A stretch of 64,000 nt of DNA from an uncultured Verrucomicrobiae bacterium. GTDB lineage: Bacteria; Verrucomicrobiota; Verrucomicrobiia; Limisphaerales; Palsa-1400. The DNA lies in the NCBI GenBank assembly GCA_963764165.1, contig CAVXRD010000002.1:2176001-2240000 (forward strand), read 5' to 3'. The notes below the pieces were generated by a model that was not told where the DNA came from, did not search any database, and saw only the letters and a program-made list of their open reading frames with translations. The position numbers and the translations under genes were made by a program. Shown here one piece after another: positions 30,068 to 39,442 of the stretch (its first letter is position 1; every line of letters begins with the position of its first letter).

Positions 30068-30481
30068 TTACTTTGCATCCGCCGCTTCCGTGGCGAGGTC
30101 GACCTTGGGGACGTTGGCCTGCTGGCAGGCGTCAAGCACAGCGCGAATCTGGCTGTATTTCGTTTTGCCGTCGCCGCGCACGATCACGCTTAAATCGGGA
30201 TCATCAATGCGCAATTCGACCAGCTTTTCCTGCAAGGAGGTGGCCGTCACCGCCGCCTTGTTGAGCCACAGTTGTCCGTTCGCCTGCACCGTGATGTAAT
30301 TGGCTTTGCGCGGCGGATCTTTCGCGTGCTTGGAAGCGTTGGGCAGATTGAGATCCAAATCGTTCACAATCGGAGTGGTGGTGATGATGAAAATCACCAG
30401 CAGCACAAACGCCAAATCCAGCAGCGGGGTGATGTTCAGCTCCGTCAGCGACTCATGACTTGAATGCGAACATTTCTTCAT
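30068..30481 (-). CDS. exbD: ExbD/TolR biopolymer transport protein
   Basis: ELNITPLLDLAFVLLVIFIITTTP; VRGD. Confidence 0.9.
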   Translation of the reverse strand: MKKCSHSSHESLTELNITPLLDLAFVLLVIFIITTTPIVNDLDLNLPNASKHAKDPPRKANYITVQANGQLWLNKAAVTATSLQEKLVELRIDDPDLSVIVRGDGKTKYSQIRAVLDACQQANVPKVDLATEAADAK

Positions 30482-31368
30482 GACAGCGGACGGGACATAT
30501 CTGGAAATCCATCTTCACCGCCGTTTTTCCATGCCGCAACCAAGCGAGTCGCCAACTGCTCATTCGCCTCGCGAATTTCGTCGCCGAGCGGGCGGTTATC
30601 GACGTAGCGATGCTCCATCTGGTTGGCAAGGCGGCTGGCGAAACCGTCGAGTTCCTGCGTGATGGAGCGGATGGTGGTGACCATGAAATTGTAGCTGAAC
30701 ATGGCCGGAATCGCGACCAGCAGCCCGATGACCGTGCAGATCAACGCGCCCGCCACGCCCGGCGCCATCGCCGTCAAGCTCGCCGATCCCGCCGTGGCAA
30801 TGCCCGCGAACGTTTCCATGACGCCCCAAACCGTTCCAAGCAATCCAATAAACGGGCCGCCCGCCACCGCCGTGGACAGCACAATCATGCCCTTTTCCAA
30901 GACCATCGCTTCCGCCGCCGCGCGCTCCTCCATGACAACCTTCACCGCCTCAAACGAGGCGGCGCTGATCCGCGCATGGCTTTGCTTGATAAACACCGCC
31001 GTGTTGCCGTGGCCCGCTGGGTCGGAAGTGAGATCGGCCCGCGCCTTCACATGCACCGGATAATTTTTCAGGTGATAATCCAATTCGTCCGCGGCCCGGA
31101 TATAGAGATTGTAAGCGGGAGCGCCATCAAAGTCCTCGTCCTTGCGCTTCAAATCCATGGGATCGCGCGTTTCCTCGTAAGCGGCAAAGAATTTCTTCGC
31201 CCACTTGCGCGCGATCATGAGCTGCCGCGCTTTGGTGATGATGATCGTCCAGCTAAACAACGAGAGGATGAGCAGCGCGGTCATCGTCGCCTTGCCTTCG
31301 GGAGTCGCCTTATCGATGGCGAACTTCATTGCGTTGCCGAAAAACGGATGGGCGTGAAAAAGGAGCAT
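30478..31368 (-). CDS. exbB: MotA/TolQ/ExbB proton channel protein
   Basis: GPFIGLLGTVWGVMETF; APGVAGALICTVIGLLVAIPA. Confidence 0.92.
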   Translation of the reverse strand: MLLFHAHPFFGNAMKFAIDKATPEGKATMTALLILSLFSWTIIITKARQLMIARKWAKKFFAAYEETRDPMDLKRKDEDFDGAPAYNLYIRAADELDYHLKNYPVHVKARADLTSDPAGHGNTAVFIKQSHARISAASFEAVKVVMEERAAAEAMVLEKGMIVLSTAVAGGPFIGLLGTVWGVMETFAGIATAGSASLTAMAPGVAGALICTVIGLLVAIPAMFSYNFMVTTIRSITQELDGFASRLANQMEHRYVDNRPLGDEIREANEQLATRLVAAWKNGGEDGFPDMSRPLS

Positions 31369-31557
31369 GGTGAGGAAAATGGTTGTTAAGAGTGAATTCC
31401 GCCCGGCCGCGCGCGGCGGATGGCTGCTTCAAAATCAATTTGGATGAACTGCATCGCCGAAAGGCTAACATTGGCGATGTGACAACCATTGGTCGGAATT
31501 GCAACAACTGTGTTAAATAAAATTCCCAGAGAAAATCACAATCAAATAAACGGATGC

Positions 31558-31748
31558 GGCAGGGCGAGGCTGCCAATGAACCGCGAAGGGAAGCGCTCGG
31601 CGAGGGCGCCGAGCGCGACACGCGAGGCGCGTGTGCTCCCCAGCCTCTGAATCCTGGGAGCGCACGCGCCCTCGCGTGCAGCGAGACGCGCCCCGCGTCC
31701 CGCATCCCTCTTCTCCACTCTAACCGTTCACTGGCAGCCTCGCCTACC
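31558..31748. repeat. Nested REP cluster (outer GGCAGGGCGAGGCTGCCAATGAA pair enclosing a GGGAGCGCACGCGCC-type pair)
   Basis: Outer arm also at 11259-11281, inverted at 31727-31748. Inner CACGCGAGGCGCGTGTGCTCCC / GGGAGCGCACGCGCCCTCGCGTG. Confidence 0.7.
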
Positions 31749-31921
31749 AACCTCATCTTTCGGCCCCCGAAGAATTCTCCTCCGAGCAAAACTTGAGGAC
31801 GCAAATTGCGACCTCAAACGCCGCGGCGCCAGAGGCGCCCGCGATTTCCTCATTGGCAAACCCTGGAACGTTCGTTTAACTAACTGTCAACGTAATTCAA
31901 CTTTTTTGACCGAGAAAAGCC

Positions 31922-32938
31922 ATGCCAAAAAAGAAATCGGATCAAGCGCAAGTGGTGCTCTACCAAACCCCCGACGGGAAAGTGACCGTCAACGTGATGT
32001 TTGCGCGGGACAATTTTTGGCTGACGCAGCGCACCATGTCCGAACTTTTTGGCGTAAAGATACCTGCCGTAACCAAACACCTGAAAAACATCTTTGAATC
32101 TGGAGAATTGGTGGAAAATTCAGTTATTTCCATTTTGGAAACAACTGCCGCCGATGGCAAAAACTACGCAACCCATTTTTACAATCTCGACGCGGTGATT
32201 GCCGTGGGATACCGGGTCAATTCCGTCAAGGCCACCCATTTTCGGATTTGGGCGACGAACACCTTGCGGGATTACATCGTCAAGGGCTTTGTCGTCAACG
32301 ATCAACTGCTCAAAAACGGGCGTGAATTCGGCAAGGATTATTTTGACGAGTTGCTGGAGAAAATCCGGGAAATCCGGGCCAGCGAGCGCCGGGCGTATCA
32401 GAAGATCGCCGATGTATTCGAGCAGTGCAGCAGCGATTACCGGGGCAGCAGCGAGGAAACGCAGTTGTTTTACAAGATGGTGCAAAATCAGCTTCATTTT
32501 GCAACCACCGGCAAAACCGCCGCCGAAATCGTTTATCAGCGGGCGGACAGCGACAAGCCGTTCATGGGGCTGACGACATGGAAGAACTCGCCCCACGGCA
32601 AGATTCTCAAGGGGGATGTGACCATAGCAAAGAATTACCTGAACCAGATTGAGGTTTCAAAATTGAACCGGCTGGTGGGCATGTTCATTGATTATGCGGA
32701 ACTGCGGGCGTTGAACCGGCAGGTGATGACGATGAAGGACTGGGTGAAGCAGGTCGAAAAATTTTTGAACTATACGGATCAGCAGGTGCTTCGTCATGCC
32801 GGGAAAATCTCGCACGAAATGGCCGTGGCGAAGGCGCATGGCGAATTTGAAAAATTTCGCGTCAAGCAGGATGCCGAATATATCTCGGACTTCGATCAGG
32901 CTTTGGCGCGATATCTGAAGGGGAAAGACGAACCATGA
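31922..32938 (+). CDS. rhuM: Virulence RhuM-family protein
   Basis: WLTQRTMSELF, YNLDAVIAVGYRVNS..AT.FR.WAT, DYFDELLEKIREIRASER, MGLTTWK, IAKNYL. Confidence 0.9.
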   Translation: MPKKKSDQAQVVLYQTPDGKVTVNVMFARDNFWLTQRTMSELFGVKIPAVTKHLKNIFESGELVENSVISILETTAADGKNYATHFYNLDAVIAVGYRVNSVKATHFRIWATNTLRDYIVKGFVVNDQLLKNGREFGKDYFDELLEKIREIRASERRAYQKIADVFEQCSSDYRGSSEETQLFYKMVQNQLHFATTGKTAAEIVYQRADSDKPFMGLTTWKNSPHGKILKGDVTIAKNYLNQIEVSKLNRLVGMFIDYAELRALNRQVMTMKDWVKQVEKFLNYTDQQVLRHAGKISHEMAVAKAHGEFEKFRVKQDAEYISDFDQALARYLKGKDEP

Positions 32939-33046
32939 ACCCACACGTCAACGCCATAGCCGGCCCTTTAGCTTGCGATCACCGGCGCGCCGACGTGCAA
33001 GTCTGAAAATTCCTGACCAGTCTAATTTTTTGAGGCGCCGATTTAT

Positions 33047-33210
33047 GGAAGGGCGGACCTGCGTGTCCGCCAAATATTTCCCAATCCTTCTTATGACCGC
33101 CATGGCGACGCTTTTCCATGCCAAGCAGGGAGAAAAACGCATTTAGGGCGTTCCAAGAATGATTATGAGACGGGAAAAATATTTGGGTGGAGATACAGCT
33201 CCGCCCTGCC
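33047..33210. repeat. REP family B inverted pair
   Basis: GGGCGGACCTGCGTGTCCGCCAAATATT ... AATATTTGGGTGGAGATACAGCTCCGCCCTGCC. Confidence 0.7.
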
Positions 33211-33883
33211 ACGCAGGAGCTGGTTTGCCCAAAACCGATGTCATATTTGGACGGCAGAGTATTCAATGGTTTCCGTGGGTTGGCACACGCACTTTGAAAA
33301 CGCTTTCGCTTCTCGCCAAGTCTGCGAAAATTACGAGTGAAATTGATCAGATTTCCATTACTTACCACCTTTCCTCGCAAGATGATTTTTTTGCGCATCT
33401 CCGTGAAGTCGCCAATTCCACGCCAGACCCCATTGCTCTTGCACGCCTGATGCCGATAAAAGCGGTCGAAAAATTCGATGATTTTGTCCCTGAAGACTTA
33501 CTTGATCAGGCGAATGCCCAAAGCAGACTGGATATTTGCGGCGCTTTAGACGCGTGTCGCCTCTGCAGTGCTTAAGTCAATCAACCTACGTGAATTCTTA
33601 CCTTGGGACTTGCGTGCAAAAAGCGGGTCGGGATGCGGAATAGGCTCAGCGATGTAGCGGTTGTAGCGGTATCTTTGAGATTATATAATTATCAATTCTC
33701 GCAACCGCCCTTGCGACTATTCGGAGACGCACGATGCCGCACACGGAGCTTGGAGAATCTTCGTTGTGTCGGTTCTACATCGATTCACCCGACTTGCAGG
33801 AAGAAGCGGGAAAGACCGTCCTCGCACAGGCCGAATTGCTTTGCGCGGAGTGGGTTTAAGCACATCCGCGCTTGGCGCGGTTT

Positions 33884-33966
33884 TGTGACGGCTCTGTGTG
33901 AGGGTTTGTGACGGTATTTGTGACGGTTTAAGTGCTTGATTGACAACATTGTGACGGGTGTGACGG
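33884..33966 (+). repeat. Iteron-like module 1: 4x TGTGACGG + 23-bp spacer + 2x TGTGACGG
   Basis: Octamers start at 33884, 33897 (TGTGAGGG), 33907, 33919, 33950 and 33959. Confidence 0.8.
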
Positions 33967-34023
33967 CTTTTTAGGGGGGTATGGCATGTATACCCCGGGC
34001 ATTGAAACGCCCGCTTTGGCGTG

Positions 34024-34082
34024 GTATCACCAAATCGCAGCAATTCGCACCAAATATCACCAAATCGCACCTGTTTTCTGAA
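34024..34082 (+). repeat. 10-bp-period CAAATCGCAC tandem module (second copy at 50345-50403)
   Basis: GTATCAC CAAATCGCAG CAATTCGCAC CAAATATCAC CAAATCGCAC CTGTTTTCTGAA. Confidence 0.75.
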
Positions 34083-34164
34083 TCCTCCTTTTCTGCCTGC
34101 CCGGCATTCAACCGCCTCCCGCCGGAAGAATGCAGCGGGTTTGCAGCGGCTCTGTAGCTCTGGA

Positions 34165-34388
34165 AATCCCGAAGGGATTTTATCATTCAGCCCAGCGTTG
34201 GCCCGATTCTGAGAGGGCCTACGCTGGGTCATGGCGTTTAAAAGTTCACCACCCTGAAAGGGTTGAATACCAGATGCTTATGGAGGCGATACAACTCTTT
34301 CAGAGTTGATGACTTCTTGGCATTGACCCAGGGTAGCCCTCTCGCAATCGGGCAACCTTGGGCTAGATGATCCAAATCCCGTTGGGAT
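34165..34388. repeat. Long nested-palindrome element of the kind usually flanking IS200-like/RAYT tyrosine transposases (non-autonomous)
   Basis: AATCCCGAAGGGATT..CAGCCCAGCGTTG..CTACGCTGGG..ACCCTGAAAGGGTTG mirrored by CAACTCTTTCAGAGTTG..ACCCAGGGTAG..CAACCTTGGGCT..AATCCCGTTGGGAT. Confidence 0.7.
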
Positions 34389-34452
34389 AGAGCGGCGGGT
34401 CGTGACCTGAAATACAACGCGGCTATTTCACTGAAAATGTGGAGGAACGAAA

Positions 34453-34535
34453 TGTTGCAGTACCTGTTGCAGTCTTGTTGCACTAAATGTTGCAGTTTAT
34501 CTCATTGAGAATCAACGATGTAGCGGTTGTAGCGG
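34453..34535 (+). repeat. Iteron-like module 2: 4x TGTTGCAS + 23-bp spacer + 2x TGTAGCGG
   Basis: Octamers start at 34453, 34465, 34476, 34488, 34519 and 34528; right half repeated at ~33651-33688. Confidence 0.8.
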
Positions 34536-34900
34536 TATTTTTGAGATTATATATATAATCTGGAACGACCGAACTCAGGAAAAGAGGCTTGGGTCGCTTT
34601 TCAGAAGTTGGTGGTGATCCTGATACTGGAATCACTGCTCAACGGCACACCCAAACCAACAATGTGCGTGAATCCAACTTCAGTCTCTTTTCCTGCGTTC
34701 GGTCGTTCCTGATTCAATATTCCGAATTTTTCCTCCAAAAATCGTGCCGAAAACACTCTGGTAGGTTTTTCATCCAGCTCTAGCCGTGCCAGAGTGCGGC
34801 CATGACTATTTATGATGGGACTGAGAGGAAAGGACTTGGACCTGAGGTTCCAAGGACGAGGCGGGGGTTAGCGGGGGCAAGGGAGTGGGTGAGGCACTCG

Positions 34901-34974
34901 ATAATATTTGGGCGGCGACGCAGCACCGCCCTACCTCAATCTGGCAGGGCGGACCTGTGTGTCCGCCCAAATAC
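34901..34974. repeat. REP family B back-to-back doublet (uninterrupted analogue of the IS copy 2 target)
   Basis: ATAATATTTGGGCGGCGACGCAGCACCGCCCTACC-TCAATCT-GGCAGGGCGGACCTGTGTGTCCGCCCAAATAC. Confidence 0.8.
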
Positions 34975-35136
34975 TCTCCCCCGCTTCCCATCACACCCAT
35001 GGCCGGGATTTGCCTCCGAATCGTTGTAGTCTATTGCACCCTGTTGCACCCTTGGGTTTTTGATGCCAGGAAAGCCCCGCCCGGCCGGGATTTGGCGTTT
35101 CCATCGGCGATGGATTGCTCCAACATGATGCCGCCG

Positions 35137-36018
35137 ATGAGAATCCTCGATGTCATCCAGCGCAGCACCGATTTCCTGGCTCGGAAGGGGGTTGCCTCGC
35201 CGCGCCTGCAAGTCGAGCTGCTGCTGGCTCATGTGCTCAAATTGCCGCGCATGCAGCTCTATCTCAATTTCGAGCGGATGCTGACGGAGCCGGAGCTGAA
35301 GACTTTGCGCGAATTCGTGCAGCGGCGCGGCCAGCGCGAGCCGCTCCAATACGTCGTCGGGACGACATCGTTTTGCGGCTTGGAGATCGCCGTGGATCGA
35401 AGCGTCCTGATTCCCAGGCCGGAAACTGAAATGCTGGCGGAACGGGCGTGGACGTTTTTGCAAAAACGCGAGGCATCGCCCAAGGTGTTGGAAATTGGCG
35501 CGGGCAGCGGCTGTCTTTCCATCGCGGTCGCGCATTACGCCCCGGCGGCGATGGTTTATGCGACGGATTTTAGCGAACCCGCGCTGGAGATGGCGCGAAG
35601 GAATGCGCTGGCCAACGGAGTTTCGGAGCGGGTGCAATTTCATCAGGGCGATCTTCTTGCCTCCGTGCCGATCGGCGAAAAATTCGATTTAATCCTTTCC
35701 AATCCACCCTACATTCCCAGTGGCCGCATCAAGACCCTGGAAATCGAAGTGCGCGACCATGAACCGCGCAGCGCCCTGGACGGCGGCCTCGACGGACAGG
35801 ATTTTTATCGCCGCATCGCCGCCGAAACAAAGAGCCGCCTGAAACCAGACGGATGCCTGATGCTGGAATTGGACGCCGACGGCGCGGGCGAGACGGCGGC
35901 CATATTCGCGAACGCGGGCTGGCGGGGTGGAATTATCGAGAAGGATTATAATGGGTTTTCGAGAATTTTTATTGCAGATTTGCCTGAACACAGCCACGTT
36001 GCGGCTGTCAAACAATAA
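35137..36018 (+). CDS. prmC: Release factor glutamine methyltransferase
   Basis: RRGQREPLQY, LIPRPETE, EIGAGSGC, SNPPY, EPRSALDGG.DG. Confidence 0.93.
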   Translation: MRILDVIQRSTDFLARKGVASPRLQVELLLAHVLKLPRMQLYLNFERMLTEPELKTLREFVQRRGQREPLQYVVGTTSFCGLEIAVDRSVLIPRPETEMLAERAWTFLQKREASPKVLEIGAGSGCLSIAVAHYAPAAMVYATDFSEPALEMARRNALANGVSERVQFHQGDLLASVPIGEKFDLILSNPPYIPSGRIKTLEIEVRDHEPRSALDGGLDGQDFYRRIAAETKSRLKPDGCLMLELDADGAGETAAIFANAGWRGGIIEKDYNGFSRIFIADLPEHSHVAAVKQ

Positions 36019-36050
36019 ATTGACATGACTAAACCGGCAAGGAGGCGCGC

Positions 36051-36467
36051 GTGAAGTTTTTGATCGGCTTGATCATCGTGGTGGGGTTGTCCCTCGGCGG
36101 CTACCAGCTCTACAGCTACTACCAGACCGTGGAGCAAAGGTCGGCGCTCCCGACGCCGCCGCAGAATTCCGCCCCGGCCGCTCCCGAGATAGACGGGAAC
36201 TTGCTGGCTGGCTTGCCGCGGGCACTGGACGGGGAGCTGCATGACGCGGAGCAGCGAGGCGCGCCGGCCCTCAAACAATTTCTGGCCGCGCACGGCAACG
36301 AGATCAAGGACCCGCGCCGGGCGTGGATTGAATTGGATTATGTGGTGCTGGCGGGCACGACAGACCCGGCGGAAGCGCGCCGCGTTTATTTTCACGTCAA
36401 GGATCGGATTACTCCCAGTTCGCCCGTTTACGGACGCTTCAAGCAGCTCCAGAAAACCTACGAGTAA
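36051..36467 (+). CDS. Hypothetical membrane-anchored protein
   Basis: GGAGG RBS, GTG start, N-terminal hydrophobic segment. Confidence 0.7.
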   Translation: MKFLIGLIIVVGLSLGGYQLYSYYQTVEQRSALPTPPQNSAPAAPEIDGNLLAGLPRALDGELHDAEQRGAPALKQFLAAHGNEIKDPRRAWIELDYVVLAGTTDPAEARRVYFHVKDRITPSSPVYGRFKQLQKTYE

Positions 36468-36565
36468 TTCACGACGGGGTTCGCGAGCCCCTGCGAATAA
36501 TTTTCGCTCGCTTTCGATTTCGCCAGAGCTAATGTAAAGTTAACACACAACAAAGTGAGTTAATT

Positions 36566-37033
36566 ATGGACATCAGCTTCAAATGTCCGGTTTGCGACCA
36601 GGAACTGGAGGTCGATGAAAGCGGGGCAGGCTCAACGATTGATTGCCCCGCCTGCTCCAGCACCATCACCGTCCCCGGGCCGGAAACCACGACTGCAGCT
36701 CCTCCGCCGCCGCGGGCGCCCGCGCCGGAACCTCCCAAGGTCGAGAAGCATTTCACTGTGCCGGTGCATGACAAACCGACATCCGTCCCATTGTTGATTC
36801 AGCGGAGCAGCCGCCCTCTCGAAGTCGTGGCCAAGGAGGGCGACAAGAAAATGCGGATCAGAACTTTCAAGCGGATGGAGAACGAACCGTTCGATGAAAC
36901 CGTCTCGGCTTTCCTGGAGAAAGTGGGCCAGTCAAACATCGTCAGCGTCAGCCCGATTCATTACAGCTACGTGGATTCGGCCAGCCGCAATGCGGTGACG
37001 GATTTCGGCGTGGTGATTGTTTTCAAAGGATAG
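36566..37033 (+). CDS. Zinc-ribbon domain protein
   Basis: CPVC...CPAC at the N-terminus, Pro-rich linker, small C-terminal alpha/beta domain. Confidence 0.75.
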   Translation: MDISFKCPVCDQELEVDESGAGSTIDCPACSSTITVPGPETTTAAPPPPRAPAPEPPKVEKHFTVPVHDKPTSVPLLIQRSSRPLEVVAKEGDKKMRIRTFKRMENEPFDETVSAFLEKVGQSNIVSVSPIHYSYVDSASRNAVTDFGVVIVFKG

Positions 37034-37317
37034 GAGCGGCGGCTCGCGTCGAACAGGCTTATTCCCTCGCCGCTCCAGCGGGGCGGGCGTTTTTGGAGAG
37101 GCGGGACTCTGCAAGTTTCCCTCTCCATGAACTAACACCAAGGCACTCGGCGGAGCGAGGCTCCGGCCGAGCCAGTCTTCGCATGCCTTTCGCTCGTCTC
37201 CGCCGGAAATCGCGCAGATTCAAAACGGAGCGCCCAATGCAAGGTGGCGGGTCGTCGATTGTGCGACAAATGGCTTGCCCCTAAACTGGGTTGATCTGAG
37301 TCAATCTGTGGCTTCCC

Positions 37318-38679
37318 CTATTCGAGATTCAGAATGGCGGGATCACCGTAGAGCGTGAACGAGCCGGTTCGCGTTATTTTGACATCCATGACTTGGCCCT
37401 CATGCCGGGGGCTTCCGTCAAACAGAACGATTTTGTTGCAGCGGGTGCGGCCCATGTACCTGGCCGGGTTGTTCTTGCTCGGGCCTTCGACCAGGATTTG
37501 CGCCGTCTTTCCAATCTGGCTTTCGTAACGCTGCCGTCCAATGGCGTTAATCCGCTCAAGTGCCTGGGCGTGCCGCGCCTCCTTCAATTCCTCCGCGATC
37601 TGGCCCGGCATTTCCGCGGCGGGCGTATCCTTGCGCTGCGAGTATTTGAAAAGATAGGCGTTGTCGAACTGCGCTTCATTGATGAGCGAAATGGTGTCGT
37701 TGAAATCCTCCGCCGTTTCGCCAGGAAAGCCGACAATGATGTCGGTGGTGAGGCCAATCGAGGGCTGAACCTCGCGCAATTGGCCGAGGATTTCCAAAAA
37801 CCGGGCGCGGGTGTAGCCGCGATGCATCGCCTTGAGAACGCGGTCGCTCCCGCTCTGCAAGGGGAGATGCGCGCTCGGGCACAATTTCGGCAACCGCCCG
37901 TAAGCCGCGACCAAATCCGCCCCGTAACCCTTGGGATGCGGCGAGGTGAATCGAATGCGCTCCAATCCCTCGATTTCATGCACCGCCTCGATTAATTGAA
38001 CAAAAGCGGATTTGCCCTCCCGCGCCGGAATATCGCGCTTTCCGTAACTTGTCACGATCTGCCCAAGCAGCGTAATTTCTTTGACACCGCCGCGCACCAA
38101 TTCGCCGCACTCGGCCACGATGTCGGGGATGCTCCGGCTCCGCTCCTCGCCCCGCGTGTAAGGGACAATGCAGAACGTGCAGTATTGATTGCATCCCTGC
38201 ATGATGCTGACAAACGCGCTGACGCTGCGGCCGCGCTGCGCCTGGCCGTGAAGAAGATGTTCGCGGATGGCCGCCTCGCTGCCTTGCTCCGCGTCCGTTT
38301 CGACAATTTTTTGCCGGCGGCCGGAGAGAATTTCGTCGAGGTAATCGGCGGTGCGGTGAAATTTCTGTGTGCCAACGACGAGATCGACGTCCGGCAATTG
38401 GTCGATCAGGCGCTGGCCGCGGCTTTGCGCCATGCAGCCCATGAAGCCGAGGATGACTTCCGGGCGGTTGCGGCGAACTTCGGCGGCGATGTTCTGCATT
38501 TTGCCGATGGCTTTTTGCTCGGCCATGTCGCGCACGCTGCAAGTATTGAGCAGCACCACGTCCGCCACCGATTCCGAAGCCGCCAGCGAATACCCCTTGG
38601 CGACGAGCTGGGCCGCGACCGATTCCGAGTCGCGCTCATTCATCTGGCATCCGTAGGTTTTAATGAAAACGCTGGGCAT
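37318..38679 (-). CDS. miaB: tRNA-2-methylthio-N6-dimethylallyladenosine synthase
   Basis: IKTYGCQMNERDS, NTCSVR, CNQYCTFC radical SAM motif, RIRFTSPHP, C-terminal TRAM. Confidence 0.95.
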   Translation of the reverse strand: MPSVFIKTYGCQMNERDSESVAAQLVAKGYSLAASESVADVVLLNTCSVRDMAEQKAIGKMQNIAAEVRRNRPEVILGFMGCMAQSRGQRLIDQLPDVDLVVGTQKFHRTADYLDEILSGRRQKIVETDAEQGSEAAIREHLLHGQAQRGRSVSAFVSIMQGCNQYCTFCIVPYTRGEERSRSIPDIVAECGELVRGGVKEITLLGQIVTSYGKRDIPAREGKSAFVQLIEAVHEIEGLERIRFTSPHPKGYGADLVAAYGRLPKLCPSAHLPLQSGSDRVLKAMHRGYTRARFLEILGQLREVQPSIGLTTDIIVGFPGETAEDFNDTISLINEAQFDNAYLFKYSQRKDTPAAEMPGQIAEELKEARHAQALERINAIGRQRYESQIGKTAQILVEGPSKNNPARYMGRTRCNKIVLFDGSPRHEGQVMDVKITRTGSFTLYGDPAILNLE

Positions 38680-38775
38680 TTGCAGCCGATCCGATCCGCT
38701 GCGGGCGAACCGAATTGTTATTCTATGTCCGCGCACGAGCGGTGTCGAGGCGGGTCTTTTCATGTGGCCGGTCGT

Positions 38776-39039
38776 GGGCGCATCTCAGTTTTTGTGAGGG
38801 CGGACTTCTGCCAAAAGCTGGGCAGGTCGACAAGTGATCGCTCTCACCCCGCCAAGCTTGGTGGGGAGAGAGAAGGAGAGAGGGGCAACTCATTAGAACT
38901 CGGAGAGGCCAGGCGCATTGAGGGCCGATGGATTTCAGTCGTTGCCTAACCGCCCCTCTCCCTAACCCTCTCCCCGCTACGCGGGGCGAGGGAATCCGCG
39001 ACTCGTCGGCAAGGGATTGCCAATAAGTGAGATGCGCCC
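38776..39039. mobile_element. 264-bp MITE with 12-bp perfect TIRs and 9-bp target-site duplication
   Basis: GGGCGCATCTCA ... TGAGATGCGCCC, flanked by GCCGGTCGT at 38767-38775 and 39040-39048; contains CCCTCTCCCTAACCCTCTCCCC-type REP. Confidence 0.85.
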
Positions 39040-39067
39040 GCCGGTCGTCCGGCGCAAATCCAGTTAT

Positions 39068-39098
39068 GGCAGGGACGCCTCGGCGAGGTGTCCCTGCC
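39068..39098. repeat. Collapsed single-hairpin form of REPIN family A
   Basis: GGCAGGGACGCCTCGGCGAGGTGTCCCTGCC followed by a T run. Confidence 0.8.
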
Positions 39099-39173
39099 TT
39101 TTTTGCGCCTGTCAAAAACCCGATTGTAAAACATCCAGTTGCACGGCAAGAACAAAGGAGTATCTTACCGCAT

Positions 39174-39377
39174 ATGGACTGGCAGAAAATCGCGGCCCTG
39201 GCCGTCGTCGCAGCGACTGCGGGCTTGTTTCTGAGAGCGAATTTGCGCCGGCGCAAGTTCAGCTTCGAGCATGACACGCATTGTGGATGCTCCTCGGCGA
39301 ATTCCCCCCGCCCGACCGGTTCCATCGTCTTCAGCGCCCGCAAGGGATCCCGACCGAAGATCATTGTTAAGAGTTAA
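39174..39377 (+). CDS. Small membrane protein with HCGC motif (67 aa; FeoB-associated Cys-rich-like)
   Basis: MDWQKIAALAVVAATAGLFL TM segment, basic patch, HCGCSS. Confidence 0.65.
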   Translation: MDWQKIAALAVVAATAGLFLRANLRRRKFSFEHDTHCGCSSANSPRPTGSIVFSARKGSRPKIIVKS

Positions 39378-39442
39378 TAACCGCAAGACGCCATACCCCA
39401 CCTTGCATAAACGAGCCTCATACGCTAATCTCCACCCTTGCC

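Noticed and set aside
33640..34560. CRISPR array
   Set aside because: Repeats are 8-10 bp with no 25-40-bp constant repeat or unique spacers, and no cas genes are present.
32979..34783. ORFs of 60-170 aa in the rhuM-prmC interval
   Set aside because: They overlap tandem and palindromic repeats, with atypical composition and no family motifs.
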